A model generated the notes under the pieces. It saw nothing but the letters and a program-made list of their open reading frames with translations. It was not told where the DNA came from and ran no database searches. A stretch of DNA of 64,000 bases, taken from Treponemataceae bacterium. Its GTDB lineage: Bacteria > Spirochaetota > Spirochaetia > Treponematales > Rectinemataceae. This document shows, piece after piece, positions 47,065 to 56,216 of this stretch (positions are counted from its first letter, which is position 1; each line of letters begins with the position of its first letter). The stretch is taken from positions 384,001-448,000 of the forward strand of contig CAXXVZ010000004.1 of assembly GCA_963678065.2 (NCBI GenBank), in the 5' to 3' direction. The position numbers and the translations under genes were made by a program.

Positions 47065-47904
47065 TCAAACCGTCAGAGCCAGACTCAGGCCCATGACCGC
47101 CATACCTCCGAAGAGCCCCGCCATTGCGAGATGGTGCTCGCCGAACTCATGGGCCGAGGGAAGGAGTTCGTCGAGGGATATGTAGATCATGATTCCCGCG
47201 ACACCTGCGAGGATGAGACCGAACAGCGGTCCGTGGAGGTAGCGCCCGAGAAGAAGGTATCCGATCAGAGCGCCGAGAGGCTCGGAAAGGCCCGAGGCGA
47301 AGGAGTACCAGAAAGCTCGGCTGCGCGATCCGGTCGCATAGTAGACAGGAACAGAGATTGCGATTCCTTCGGGAATGTTATGGATGGCGATCGCGAAGGC
47401 GATAGTGACTCCGAATCGCGGATTTTCGAGGGTTGCAAACAGAGTCGCGATGCCTTCAGGAAAGTTGTGGAGGGTGATGACGAAGGCGGTCAGAAGTCCC
47501 ATGCGGAGGAGCCTCGCACCGCGTCGCGATTCTTCGGCCTCCGGGCAGCTGTGGGAGTCGACGGCTTCGAACTTGGCCGCCTCCTTCGAGCGGGCTTCAT
47601 GGGGATTGATGGCCGGGGGCACCAAGCGGTCGATGAGGGCGATGAGGGCCATTCCTCCGAAAAATCCGCAGAGGGCGGCCTGATAGCCGCCTCGTTTGCC
47701 CCAGATCTCCGTGAGGCGCAGGACTGAGTCGCCGAAGAGCTCTCCAAGCGCGACAAAAATCATGACGCCCGCGGAGAATCCGAGTGAAACAGAAAGGAAA
47801 CGCGAGGTGGTCTGTTTTGAAAGGAGTGCGATGAGGCTGCCTACGCCTGTGGCGAGGCCGGCGATGATGGTTGCCCCGAAGGCGAGTGCGACTGGGTTGA
47901 TCAT
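47065..47904 (-). CDS. zupT: ZIP-family zinc transporter
   Basis: AGLATGVG, GFSAGVM, LHNFPEG, IHNIPEG, SGLSEP, DELLP. Confidence 0.93.
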   Translation of the reverse strand: MINPVALAFGATIIAGLATGVGSLIALLSKQTTSRFLSVSLGFSAGVMIFVALGELFGDSVLRLTEIWGKRGGYQAALCGFFGGMALIALIDRLVPPAINPHEARSKEAAKFEAVDSHSCPEAEESRRGARLLRMGLLTAFVITLHNFPEGIATLFATLENPRFGVTIAFAIAIHNIPEGIAISVPVYYATGSRSRAFWYSFASGLSEPLGALIGYLLLGRYLHGPLFGLILAGVAGIMIYISLDELLPSAHEFGEHHLAMAGLFGGMAVMGLSLALTV

Positions 47905-47973
47905 AGGACTGTCGACAAACTACGAGCCTTTTCAACTCGCTGTCAAGCATGGCTGACAGGCCTCGCACATCGG

Positions 47974-48019
47974 TTGACAGAGTGCCACCACAATCGTCAT
48001 TATGAGCAAATGGCGATAA
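47974..48019 (+). promoter_or_regulatory. Promoter and palindromic site C (48000-48019) over the start of the MBL-mrp-DUF134 operon
   Basis: TTGACA-N18-CATTAT; TTATGAGCAAATGGCGATAA overlaps the -10 element and the ATG. Confidence 0.6.
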
Positions 48020-48825
48020 CATCCCTCATCGATGATTTTAGTCCAAAGCGCGGACTTCGCGGCGAGCACGGATTGTCCCTGTATATCGAGGCGGGGGCAA
48101 CGAAGCTGCTCTTCGATACCGGGCAAGGTGGAACCTTCATGGAAAATGCACGAACTATCGGAACCGATCTGACCGGACTCGATGCTGTCGTCCTGAGCCA
48201 TGGGCATTATGATCATGGCGGAGGAGTATCGGATCTGTACAGATCCCTCGAAGCCTCCCTGCCGCCCTTTTTTGCCGGGCGGGGCTTCGATGCCGTGCGG
48301 AGTTCGAGGAGTGGGACCAGACTGATGGATATCGGGCTTCCTGTGCCCGCCCTGCCGCCCGGCGCTCCACTCGCGGTCATCACTACCTTCGAGGAGTTCG
48401 CACCGGGCGTCTGGTTCCTCCCGGCTGCCGAACTCGTCGACGGAGCCGAAGCGAATCCGAAATTCCGCATTTTCAGCGGCGACACGGAAGGAATCGACAA
48501 TTTCGACGACGAGCTCTCCCTCGTTTTCGATGAGGAAGACGGAATCGTAATCGTAACGGGATGCGCCCACCGCGGCATCCTGAATATCGCCCGCGCCGCC
48601 ATGCGGTCCTTCCCCGGTCGTCCAGTGAGGGCGATCGTCGGAGGCTTCCACCTCGTCGACGCGGAGCCCGAAACCCTGTCACGAGTCGCGGCTGGCATCG
48701 CCGCGATCGCCCCGAAGGCTGTCTTTTGCGCTCACTGTACGGGCCCGCGGGGTTTCGCGGCGCTTTCGGAAAGCGTGCAGACGACAGTCGCCTGGCTCTC
48801 CTGCGGCCTGAGCATCACTCTCTGA
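48010..48825 (+). CDS. MBL-fold metallo-hydrolase
   Basis: EHGLSLYIE, LFDTG, SHGHYDHGGG, GCAHRG, GGFHL, HCTG. Confidence 0.9.
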   Translation: MAITSLIDDFSPKRGLRGEHGLSLYIEAGATKLLFDTGQGGTFMENARTIGTDLTGLDAVVLSHGHYDHGGGVSDLYRSLEASLPPFFAGRGFDAVRSSRSGTRLMDIGLPVPALPPGAPLAVITTFEEFAPGVWFLPAAELVDGAEANPKFRIFSGDTEGIDNFDDELSLVFDEEDGIVIVTGCAHRGILNIARAAMRSFPGRPVRAIVGGFHLVDAEPETLSRVAAGIAAIAPKAVFCAHCTGPRGFAALSESVQTTVAWLSCGLSITL

Positions 48826-48839
48826 AAAGGAGTATCGAT

Positions 48840-49691
48840 ATGGATCTCGTTCCGGAAAAAAAACACAACCCGAGGATCAAGCGGGTTATCGGCGTCGTCA
48901 GCGGCAAAGGCGGCGTCGGCAAGTCCACGGTGGCCGTGCTGCTCGCCCAGGCCCTTGCGGCGGCGGGCAGAGGCGTCGGCATCCTCGACGCCGATATCAC
49001 GGGGCCGAGCCTGCCGCGACTCCTCGGCGTCGATTCCTTCAGGGCCGAATCCGACGGCCACATGCTCTTCCCCATCGTCAATGAAGAAGGAATCAAGGTC
49101 ATCTCGATCAACCTTTTCAGCGAGAACGAGGATGAGCCAGTCATCTGGCGCGGCCCCTTGCTCGGGAAGGCCATCGAACAGTTCTGGGGCGACAGCGACT
49201 GGGGCGACCTCGATTATCTCATCATCGACTTTCCTCCGGGCACTTCCGATATCGCCCTGACCGCCTTCCAGACCATACCCTTCTCGGGCGTCGTCGTGGT
49301 CGGCACGCCGCAGGACTATGTTTCGATGATCGTGACGAAATCGATCAAGATGGCCGCCATGCTGAAGGCGCCAGTGCTCGGCATAGTCGAGAACATGCGG
49401 ACGATGGTCTGTCCCTCCTGCGGTGAGGTGGTCAAACTCTTCGACGACGGGAGTTCGGGCGGCGAGAAGCGCCTCGGACTTCCCCTCATGGCGAGCCTGC
49501 CCTGGAGGAAAGAGGTCGCCCAGGCGCGCTCCCTCCGCTGGGCCGATCTTCCCGACGCGGCGCGCGCGGACGCCGACCTTATGGCGGTCAAGGTGGAGCT
49601 CGCGCTCTTGGCCCAAGATGCGGCGCTGACTTCATCCGCTGACCGGGCATCGGCCACAGTTTCCGCGGGAAAAGCCGCGGCGGCGGGCTGA
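48840..49691 (+). CDS. mrp: Mrp/NBP35 Fe-S cluster carrier ATPase
   Basis: SGKGGVGKST, DADITGPS, VIWRGP, DFPPGTSD, ENM...CPSC; AAGGAG RBS. Confidence 0.92.
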   Translation: MDLVPEKKHNPRIKRVIGVVSGKGGVGKSTVAVLLAQALAAAGRGVGILDADITGPSLPRLLGVDSFRAESDGHMLFPIVNEEGIKVISINLFSENEDEPVIWRGPLLGKAIEQFWGDSDWGDLDYLIIDFPPGTSDIALTAFQTIPFSGVVVVGTPQDYVSMIVTKSIKMAAMLKAPVLGIVENMRTMVCPSCGEVVKLFDDGSSGGEKRLGLPLMASLPWRKEVAQARSLRWADLPDAARADADLMAVKVELALLAQDAALTSSADRASATVSAGKAAAAG

Positions 49692-49695
49692 TGAC

Positions 49696-50382
49696 ATGTC
49701 GCGCCCGATAAGCGAGCGCAGGCTCGGCGCGCCCATACCGCCCCGCATCATGAAACCCGCGGGCATACCGGCACGCGAGCTCGAGGAAGTTCTTCTCGGC
49801 TTCGACGAGGCCGAAGCCCTGAGGCTGGCCGACCTCGAGGGTCTCTACCAGGAAGCCGCAGCCCGGTCCATGGGCGTTTCGCGGCAGACTTTCGGCAGGA
49901 TCGTCGAAACCGCGCGGCACAAGGTTGCCGACGCGCTACTGAATGGGAAAGCCCTCCGGATCGAGGGGGGCGAAATCGCGATACGCGAACAAGGAGCGTC
50001 AATCATGAAAATAGCGGTACCGTCCCGAAACGGGCTCGTCGACGAACACTTCGGCCACTGCGCGGAATTCCTCGTATTCCGCGCAGAAGGCGGCAGCCTC
50101 GTCGACGAAGCGACGATTCCCTCGCCCGAGGGCTGCGGCTGCAAATCCGGCGTCGCCGCCGACCTCGCCCGTGCCGGAGTGAGCCACCTCGTCGCCGGGA
50201 ACATGGGAGAGGGCGCCGTGCGCGTCCTCGGCTCGCACGGCATTGTCGTCATCCGGGGCGCCTCGGGCAGCGCGAAGGCGGCAGCCCAAGCATTCCTCTC
50301 CGGAACCTTTACCGACTCCGGCCTCGGCTGCGCCGATCATGGTTCAAGCCACGGCGAACCCGGACACGAGTGCACGCATTGA
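49696..50382 (+). CDS. DUF134 HTH protein fused to a NifB/NifX-family cluster-binding domain
   Basis: DEAEALRLADLEGLYQEAAARSMGVSRQTF...IEGG; then MKIAVP...HFGHC...GCGCKS...MGEGA; His/Cys tail. Confidence 0.88.
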   Translation: MSRPISERRLGAPIPPRIMKPAGIPARELEEVLLGFDEAEALRLADLEGLYQEAAARSMGVSRQTFGRIVETARHKVADALLNGKALRIEGGEIAIREQGASIMKIAVPSRNGLVDEHFGHCAEFLVFRAEGGSLVDEATIPSPEGCGCKSGVAADLARAGVSHLVAGNMGEGAVRVLGSHGIVVIRGASGSAKAAAQAFLSGTFTDSGLGCADHGSSHGEPGHECTH

Positions 50383-50412
50383 TCCGGATATGACCGGCAG
50401 GACAGAACAGCC

Positions 50413-50449
50413 GGAACGCTTTGCCCGCCTCATGCGGGCAAAGCGTTCC
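50413..50449. terminator. 16-bp perfect stem-loop after the DUF134-NifX gene
   Basis: GGAACGCTTTGCCCGC-CTCAT-GCGGGCAAAGCGTTCC; no U-tract. Confidence 0.5.
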
Positions 50450-50635
50450 CCCCGATGGGAAAAAAATTCGCAGAACATTGCGCTCACCGCAATCTCATAT
50501 ATCAAAAACCATATATAATATCGATAAAACGCATTTGGCACGCTTCCTGCTACAACACCTCTATCCGAATATCGGCAGTTTCAGCTGACAGAAATTATGC
50601 CTGATGTTCTGAAAAGCTCTATAAGGGGGTTTTCT

Positions 50636-50887
50636 ATGTTTCACGGCTGGAATGGCGGCGGCTATGCTTTTGGTTTTCCTTGGGGAGGTTTTACCATGGG
50701 GTTTCTGTTCATTGCGCTCATCGTTCTCGTGATCGTCGCGGTCGCCCGAACAGGCAGGATAGGCAGACTGGGTTCCGGGAACTCGAAAGAGCGAGGTCTC
50801 GAGATTCTGACCGAGCGGTTCGCCCGGGGCGAGATCGACGCGGAGACCTTCCGTTCGATGAAGCATGAGCTCGACGCCAAGCCTTGA
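50636..50887 (+). CDS. SHOCT-domain membrane protein
   Basis: One TM helix, then LEILTERFARGEIDAETF. Confidence 0.85.
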   Translation: MFHGWNGGGYAFGFPWGGFTMGFLFIALIVLVIVAVARTGRIGRLGSGNSKERGLEILTERFARGEIDAETFRSMKHELDAKP

Positions 50888-50945
50888 GTTCTCTCTCCAT
50901 AAACCGTCGCACACACGCACATCAGACTGAAAAAAGGAGAACTTC

Positions 50946-52442
50946 ATGGCTGCAAGACTGTCGCCGGTTCAGATCATCAGGCGGATAACGCTCGGAATAT
51001 CGCTCGTCGGTTTGACGATCCTCACCATTCTGCATCAAAAAATACAGGGTATTCCTTCGATCGACGCCCTCGATCCCTTCGGGGGACTGGAAACACTGCT
51101 CAAATATGTGGCGGGCGGCGAGTTCATCAAAAAAATCGAGCCTGGGACCGTCATTCTGTTCGGGGCTATCGTAGTCCTCGGCATCGTACTGTCGCGCTTC
51201 TTCTGCGGCTGGTTCTGCGCCTTCGGGGCCCTGCAGGGCGTCTTCGGATGGCTCGGAAAGAAACTCTTCGGCCGTCGCTTCACGGTTCCCAAAAAACTCG
51301 ACGCCCTCCTGCGCTGGGTCAAATACCCGCTTCTCGTCGCGATCATCTATTTTACCTGGCGTGCCGGCGATCTCGTCATAAGGCCATACGATCCGCTGGC
51401 TGCCTTCGGGCACCTCTCGGCGGGCCTGTCGGCAGTCTGGGCAGAGTTCGCGGTGGGCTTCGTCATTCTCGTCGCAGTTCTCCTTTTCTCGATGCTCTAC
51501 GAGCGAGCCTTCTGCAAGTACATCTGCCCACTCGGCGCGGTCAACGCTATTCTCGGCCGGATTCCGATTTTCAGGATCAAGCGCGTCGATTCCTCGTGCA
51601 TCTCCTGCGCAAAATGCGATCGCGTCTGCCCCATGAACATCGATGTCTCCCATGCGGATGCGATCGATTCGCCGGAATGCATTTCCTGCATGGAATGTGT
51701 CACTGCCTGTCCCACGAAGAGAAACACCCTCGCGACTACCCTTGGAGGGAAAGCCGTCAAGATCGGCGCCATCGTGGCTCTCGGACTCGGCATCTACCTG
51801 GGAGCGGCGGCTGTCGGTCAGGCTGTCGGCATGCTTCGCTTCTCTGCGCCATCCCTGAAAGAAAAAGCCAGTCTTGGAACCCTCAAGGTCGAGGACATCA
51901 AGGGTTCCTCCACCTACGCTATGGTGGCGGAGTCCTACGGCGTCGACCTCGAGCGGCTCTATCGCGAGGCGGGCGTCGACGAGACGAAGGTGCCGCCCGA
52001 GACCATGCTGAAGGACACAGGCAAACTCGCCGGCATCGAGGGCTTCGAGGCGGACGCCGTGCGCGTGGCCGTGGCCAGGATACTCGGGCTGCCCTATGCG
52101 GGAGAGAAGGGCAATCTGGCTCCGGCGAGCCCCGCCGTGGCTTCGGCCGCCCCGGGTGTCGCTGACACCGCGAAGCCGACAGCCGCGGCACCTGCTTTGG
52201 ACACCGCGAAGTCGACAATGACCGCGGGTCCCGAGCAGGGCGCGCTCGTCGTGCCGGCCGATTTCGCGCTCGAAGGAACCATGAGCATCGACGACATCGC
52301 AGCGGCGCTGAAAACGACCACAGCGGCAGTCATCAGGAAGCTGGGCTTGCCGCCCGGCATCGCCCTCGACAAACCCCTGCGCGACATGAAGGACCAATAC
52401 GGTTACACCTTGCCGACGCTGAAAGAGAAGATCAAACAATAA
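50946..52442 (+). CDS. Membrane 4Fe-4S binding protein (NapH/MauN-like) with soluble C-terminal extension
   Basis: FCGWFC, FCKYICP, CISCAKCDRVCP, CISCMECVTACP; AAGGAG RBS. Confidence 0.85.
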   Translation: MAARLSPVQIIRRITLGISLVGLTILTILHQKIQGIPSIDALDPFGGLETLLKYVAGGEFIKKIEPGTVILFGAIVVLGIVLSRFFCGWFCAFGALQGVFGWLGKKLFGRRFTVPKKLDALLRWVKYPLLVAIIYFTWRAGDLVIRPYDPLAAFGHLSAGLSAVWAEFAVGFVILVAVLLFSMLYERAFCKYICPLGAVNAILGRIPIFRIKRVDSSCISCAKCDRVCPMNIDVSHADAIDSPECISCMECVTACPTKRNTLATTLGGKAVKIGAIVALGLGIYLGAAAVGQAVGMLRFSAPSLKEKASLGTLKVEDIKGSSTYAMVAESYGVDLERLYREAGVDETKVPPETMLKDTGKLAGIEGFEADAVRVAVARILGLPYAGEKGNLAPASPAVASAAPGVADTAKPTAAAPALDTAKSTMTAGPEQGALVVPADFALEGTMSIDDIAAALKTTTAAVIRKLGLPPGIALDKPLRDMKDQYGYTLPTLKEKIKQ

Positions 52443-52626
52443 CATCCACACGGTGGGCGGAATAAAATGCGCGGCCGACGACGCAAATTTGCTGCGTCGG
52501 CGGCCGCGCTCAGATCGGCAAAGCCGGCCTGAGCAAGAATGCAGGCAGCCTGGGCACTCCTCGGGAAAAGAGATCCGAAGACCGCGGGAAAGCAGGCTTT
52601 GAATCCGGAATCGCTCATGGATGGGC

Positions 52627-52797
52627 TCAGCTGAAGAACATCTTGATCGCTATCCCCGCCAAAAACAAGGAAAAGGCCTTTCTTGAGTACTGCCTCGTTC
52701 AGTCCGATTCCGAGTTTGCTGCCGAGATAGCCGCCCAAAAAGAAAAACACGGCGATCACGACTGCAGCGGGGATATTTACATCGCCTGCTTTGTAGA
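52627..52797 (-). pseudogene. 3' fragment of a TauE/SafE (DUF81) membrane protein
   Basis: YKAGDVNIPAAVVIAVFFFLGGYLGSKLG...LKK/AFSLFLAGIAIKMFFS* with a +1 frameshift; 5' part missing at the tandem repeat. Confidence 0.65.
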
Positions 52798-52906
52798 GGG
52801 CGCCTGAACCCGAGGCGCCTTTATTACTTGAGGGCGCCTGAACCCGGGGAGCCCTTATTACTTGAGGGCTCCCGGACCCGGGGCGCCTTTATTACTTGAG
52901 GGCGCC
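52796..52906. repeat. 34-bp tandem repeat, ~3.3 copies, each with an internal hairpin
   Basis: Units start at 52796, 52830, 52864 and 52898 (partial); consensus GAGGGCGCCTGAACCCGGGGCGCCTTTATTACTT. Confidence 0.9.
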
Positions 52907-53719
52907 CTCAGTCAGGCCGGCGATGAACTGTTTCGAGAGGATCACGAAGACGAGGAGCACCGGCAGGACGGAGATATTCAGCGCCGCGAAGAGAAGGTCC
53001 CACTCGACCGTGTACTCGCCGAAGAAGGCCTGGAGTCCGAGGGGGATGGTCTTCTTCGCCTTCGAGCTGAGGAGGATGAGGGGGAAGAAGAAGTCGTTCC
53101 AGACATCGATGAAGTTGAACATGGCCACGGTCACGAGGGCGGGCTTCAGAAGGGGCAGGTCGACCTGCCAGTAGATTCTGAAGGGGCCGGCTCCGTCGAT
53201 GCGGGCCGAGTCCTCGAGATCGCGGGGGAGTTTCTTGAAGAAGTTTACGAGGAGGAACATGGAGAAGGCGATGCCGCCCGCTGCGTAGACCATGATGAGG
53301 GCGGTCAGAGTGTCCTGGAGATTCACCGAGCGGATGAGGAGGAAGATCGGGATGATGGCGAGGCGCGTCGGCAGGGCGAGTCCGGCGATCAGATACAGGT
53401 ACAGTATCTTCCGGAATTTGAACTCGAAGCGCGCGATGACGTAGGCCGCCATCGAGGAGACGAGGAGGATTGCGGCGATGGAGAGGGCGGTCACGATGAT
53501 GCTGTTCTTGAAATAACCGGCGAAGTTGGCCCTGTTCCAGGCGGCCACGTAGTTCTGCCATTTCCAGACAGCGGGAAAATTGAAGGGTTTCATGAAAATT
53601 TCCCGCGTCGTCTTGAAGCTCGACAGAGCCATGATGGCGATCGGGTAAAGGTTCAGGAAGGCGAGGAGCGCCATGAGTATCCATGCGAAAAATTTCTGCA
53701 CGGGGTTCAGCTTGAACAT
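52892..53719 (-). CDS. Carbohydrate ABC permease (MalG type)
   Basis: LEDSARIDGA EAA loop, WNDFF, FIAGLTEGALK. Confidence 0.92.
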   Translation of the reverse strand: MFKLNPVQKFFAWILMALLAFLNLYPIAIMALSSFKTTREIFMKPFNFPAVWKWQNYVAAWNRANFAGYFKNSIIVTALSIAAILLVSSMAAYVIARFEFKFRKILYLYLIAGLALPTRLAIIPIFLLIRSVNLQDTLTALIMVYAAGGIAFSMFLLVNFFKKLPRDLEDSARIDGAGPFRIYWQVDLPLLKPALVTVAMFNFIDVWNDFFFPLILLSSKAKKTIPLGLQAFFGEYTVEWDLLFAALNISVLPVLLVFVILSKQFIAGLTEGALK

Positions 53720-54618
53720 CACTCGCCCCTTTCCACGCGCTTTTCGAGCACGAACACATAGAATATCGACACGGGGAAGACCATGACGAAGATGAGGGTG
53801 ACGACAGCCGCTCCGAGGCCCATGCCGGTCTGGCTCGAGCCGAGACCGCCGAAGGCGATGCGGTAGAACAGGGTTCCGAGCACGTCGGTCGACCCGGCAG
53901 GACCGCCCTGTGTGCCTTCCATGGCGTAGACGATGTCGAAAATGTTGAATGTCCAGATGAACTTGAGCATGCTCGTCGTCGCGATGATCGGCCACAGGTG
54001 GGGAAGGACGATCCTCGAGGCGATCTGCAACTCGGTCGCGCCGTCAATCCGCGCGGCCTCCGTCATCTCCCTGTCCACCCCAAGGATGGCGGCGAGGTAG
54101 ACGAGGATGTAGAAGCCCAGGCCCCTCCAGGCAGTCACGAAGATTATAGTCGGCAGGGCGAGCTTGGTGTCGCCGAGCCAAGGCCGGGCGAGGGCCCCGA
54201 GGCCGATGAGCTTGAGGAGCTGGTTCACGAGTCCCCACTGCGGATTCAGAAGCAGCCCCCACAGGAAGCCGACGACGACGATGGCGAGGGTGTTGGGGAA
54301 GAAGTACACGACCTTGAGGAATTTTGTGCCCTTCAGGCTGGCCGCGAGAAGAAAGGCGAAGAGGAGTCCCGGAATCACCGAGAGGATGAGGGACCAGAAA
54401 AAGAAAACGATGTTGTGCCCGAGGGCCCTATAAAACTCGGGTTTCATGAAACCGCCGAGGATGTTGCGGTAGTTGTCCAGCCCTATGAACTTCTTGGGTC
54501 CGATTCCGGGCCAGTCGAAGAAGCTCAATCCCAGGCTCGACACGAAGGGATAGGCGACGAGGAATGTGTACAGGAGTACAGCGGGAACTATCATCAAGAG
54601 AAAAGAACGTCTGGGCAC
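53719..54618 (-). CDS. Carbohydrate ABC permease (MalF type)
   Basis: FIGLDNY, EAARIDGA, GGPAGSTDV; GTG start after AGGAG. Confidence 0.92.
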   Translation of the reverse strand: MPRRSFLLMIVPAVLLYTFLVAYPFVSSLGLSFFDWPGIGPKKFIGLDNYRNILGGFMKPEFYRALGHNIVFFFWSLILSVIPGLLFAFLLAASLKGTKFLKVVYFFPNTLAIVVVGFLWGLLLNPQWGLVNQLLKLIGLGALARPWLGDTKLALPTIIFVTAWRGLGFYILVYLAAILGVDREMTEAARIDGATELQIASRIVLPHLWPIIATTSMLKFIWTFNIFDIVYAMEGTQGGPAGSTDVLGTLFYRIAFGGLGSSQTGMGLGAAVVTLIFVMVFPVSIFYVFVLEKRVERGE

Positions 54619-54736
54619 GGCCGCCTCTCCTTGGAACAAGGCCTCCGCGGCCGTGCGGCAAGCGCGGCGGGGCGGAAGCCCATGGCATGCGGGCGGAGAT
54701 TCCACAGAAAACCGCCCGGAACGATCCATCCGGCAG

Positions 54737-54761
54737 GGAAGCTTCCCTTGCGGGAGCTTCC
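54737..54761 (-). other. Intercistronic hairpin (GCAA loop) after the binding-protein gene
   Basis: GGAAGCTCCC-GCAA-GGGAAGCTTCC on the minus strand. Confidence 0.5.
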
Positions 54762-54780
54762 GCTGGCCGGTACAGGGGAT

Positions 54781-56025
54781 TTATTTCTTGAAAGCGGGGT
54801 ACCAGGTCGAAATGCCGTCCTGGAGTTTCTTGGCCAGCTCCTCGGGGGTGATCTGGCCGAGGTACATGGCCTGCATCTGGTCCTGAAGAATGTTGTACAC
54901 GCTCGGGGTGCCGGCGTCGAAGGGAGAGCCGACCCAGTAGCGGTTCGCCGAAGCTATCTTGTTCATGAGATCGTAGCACTGGACGAGGATGGGCCTGTTC
55001 GCGGGCATCTTGACGCCCTTGACCGCCGTGATCTCACCCGTGATGCTGGAGAAGGACTCGCCGTAGGCCAGGGTGCCGGTGTAGTTCAGGACCTTGAAAG
55101 CGGCGTCCTTGGCTTTGGAAGCGTTCGAGAGTCCGTAGGATCCGTCCATGTAGGTGTAGGCGCGGGCGGGGAGGTTCTTGTCCTTCGGGGGAATCGGGAA
55201 ATAGTCGAACTTGAGGTCGGGATTGTTCTTGAGCCAGTTCGTCGTGCCCCAGACGCCGTAGAAGACCATGGCCGCCTGCTCCATCGCGAAGGTCACGTCC
55301 TGCTCGGCGGAGGTGTTGGCGGAGAAGTCCTTCTGGTAGTACTTCTTGAGCGCGTTGAGATCCTTGAGCATGTTGACGTACTCAGGATCGGTGAACTTGA
55401 CCTCGCCCTTGGCGAGCTTGCCGATCCAGGCCTCTCCGGGGTAGCTCACGCCGACCATCGCGTTCTGCATGGCGAGGGTCCAGGCTTCCTTCGCGGTGAC
55501 GAAGAAGGGTGTCACGCCCTTTTTCTGGAGCGTGTCGGCGATCTGCACGAGTTCGTCCCAGGTGGCAGGTTCCTTGAGTCCGTATTTGTCGAAAATCGCT
55601 TTGTTATAGAAGATACCGATGATCTGGTTGGCGAAGGGAACGCCCCAGGTCTTCCCGCCGGAGCGGATGAAGCTCAGGGATACGTCGGTGAAGTTGGAGA
55701 GATCGACCTTTCCGTCGAGGGCAACGAGGTAGTTGTTGTCCATGAGGGCCTGGGTCCTGGCTCCCGGGAGCCTGCGCGTGTACATGATGTCCGGCCCGAC
55801 GCCGCCCTGGAGGGAGACGAGGAGCTTGGAATCGTACTCGGTCGGGGGGAAGACTTCGTACTTGATGGTGATGTTCTCGCCCTTGGCCTTGAGCGCAGTC
55901 TCGGCGGCTTTCCAGACATCGACGTCCTGGGCGCGCCATCCCCAGACAGAGACAGTCGCTTTTGTCTGCGCGCCGAGGGGGATCAGCATGCAGGCTAAGA
56001 GAGCGAGAATGACGAGTTTCTTCAT
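54781..56025 (-). CDS. Carbohydrate ABC substrate-binding protein (CUT1)
   Basis: Signal peptide MKKLVIL...LGA-Q; GPDI, IFYNKAIF, PATWDEL; GGAGG RBS. Confidence 0.92.
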   Translation of the reverse strand: MKKLVILALLACMLIPLGAQTKATVSVWGWRAQDVDVWKAAETALKAKGENITIKYEVFPPTEYDSKLLVSLQGGVGPDIMYTRRLPGARTQALMDNNYLVALDGKVDLSNFTDVSLSFIRSGGKTWGVPFANQIIGIFYNKAIFDKYGLKEPATWDELVQIADTLQKKGVTPFFVTAKEAWTLAMQNAMVGVSYPGEAWIGKLAKGEVKFTDPEYVNMLKDLNALKKYYQKDFSANTSAEQDVTFAMEQAAMVFYGVWGTTNWLKNNPDLKFDYFPIPPKDKNLPARAYTYMDGSYGLSNASKAKDAAFKVLNYTGTLAYGESFSSITGEITAVKGVKMPANRPILVQCYDLMNKIASANRYWVGSPFDAGTPSVYNILQDQMQAMYLGQITPEELAKKLQDGISTWYPAFKK

Positions 56026-56098
56026 TTCCATACCTCCTGGAGATGTGTTCAAGGCTGTCGGGAAAACCGGAAGGAATGTCTCCGGCAGCCGGTAAGCC

Positions 56099-56149
56099 AG
56101 TATCCGATCGTTTTTTACCGAAGTCAAGAACAATTGAAACAATCTTTCA
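56099..56149 (-). promoter_or_regulatory. ABC operon promoter with RpiR-like TGAAA-N5-TTTCA site
   Basis: TTGACT-N17-GATACT on the minus strand; TGAAACAATCTTTCA at 56135-56149. Confidence 0.6.
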
Positions 56150-56216
56150 TAAAAAATCAAAATCCCCGCGATCGACGAAACATAATCCCGGAATGGGCAG
56201 AGGAAAAAACCCGGTC

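Noticed and set aside
52796..52906. CRISPR array
   Set aside because: Units are head-to-tail with no unique spacers, derive from a gene end, and no cas genes are present.
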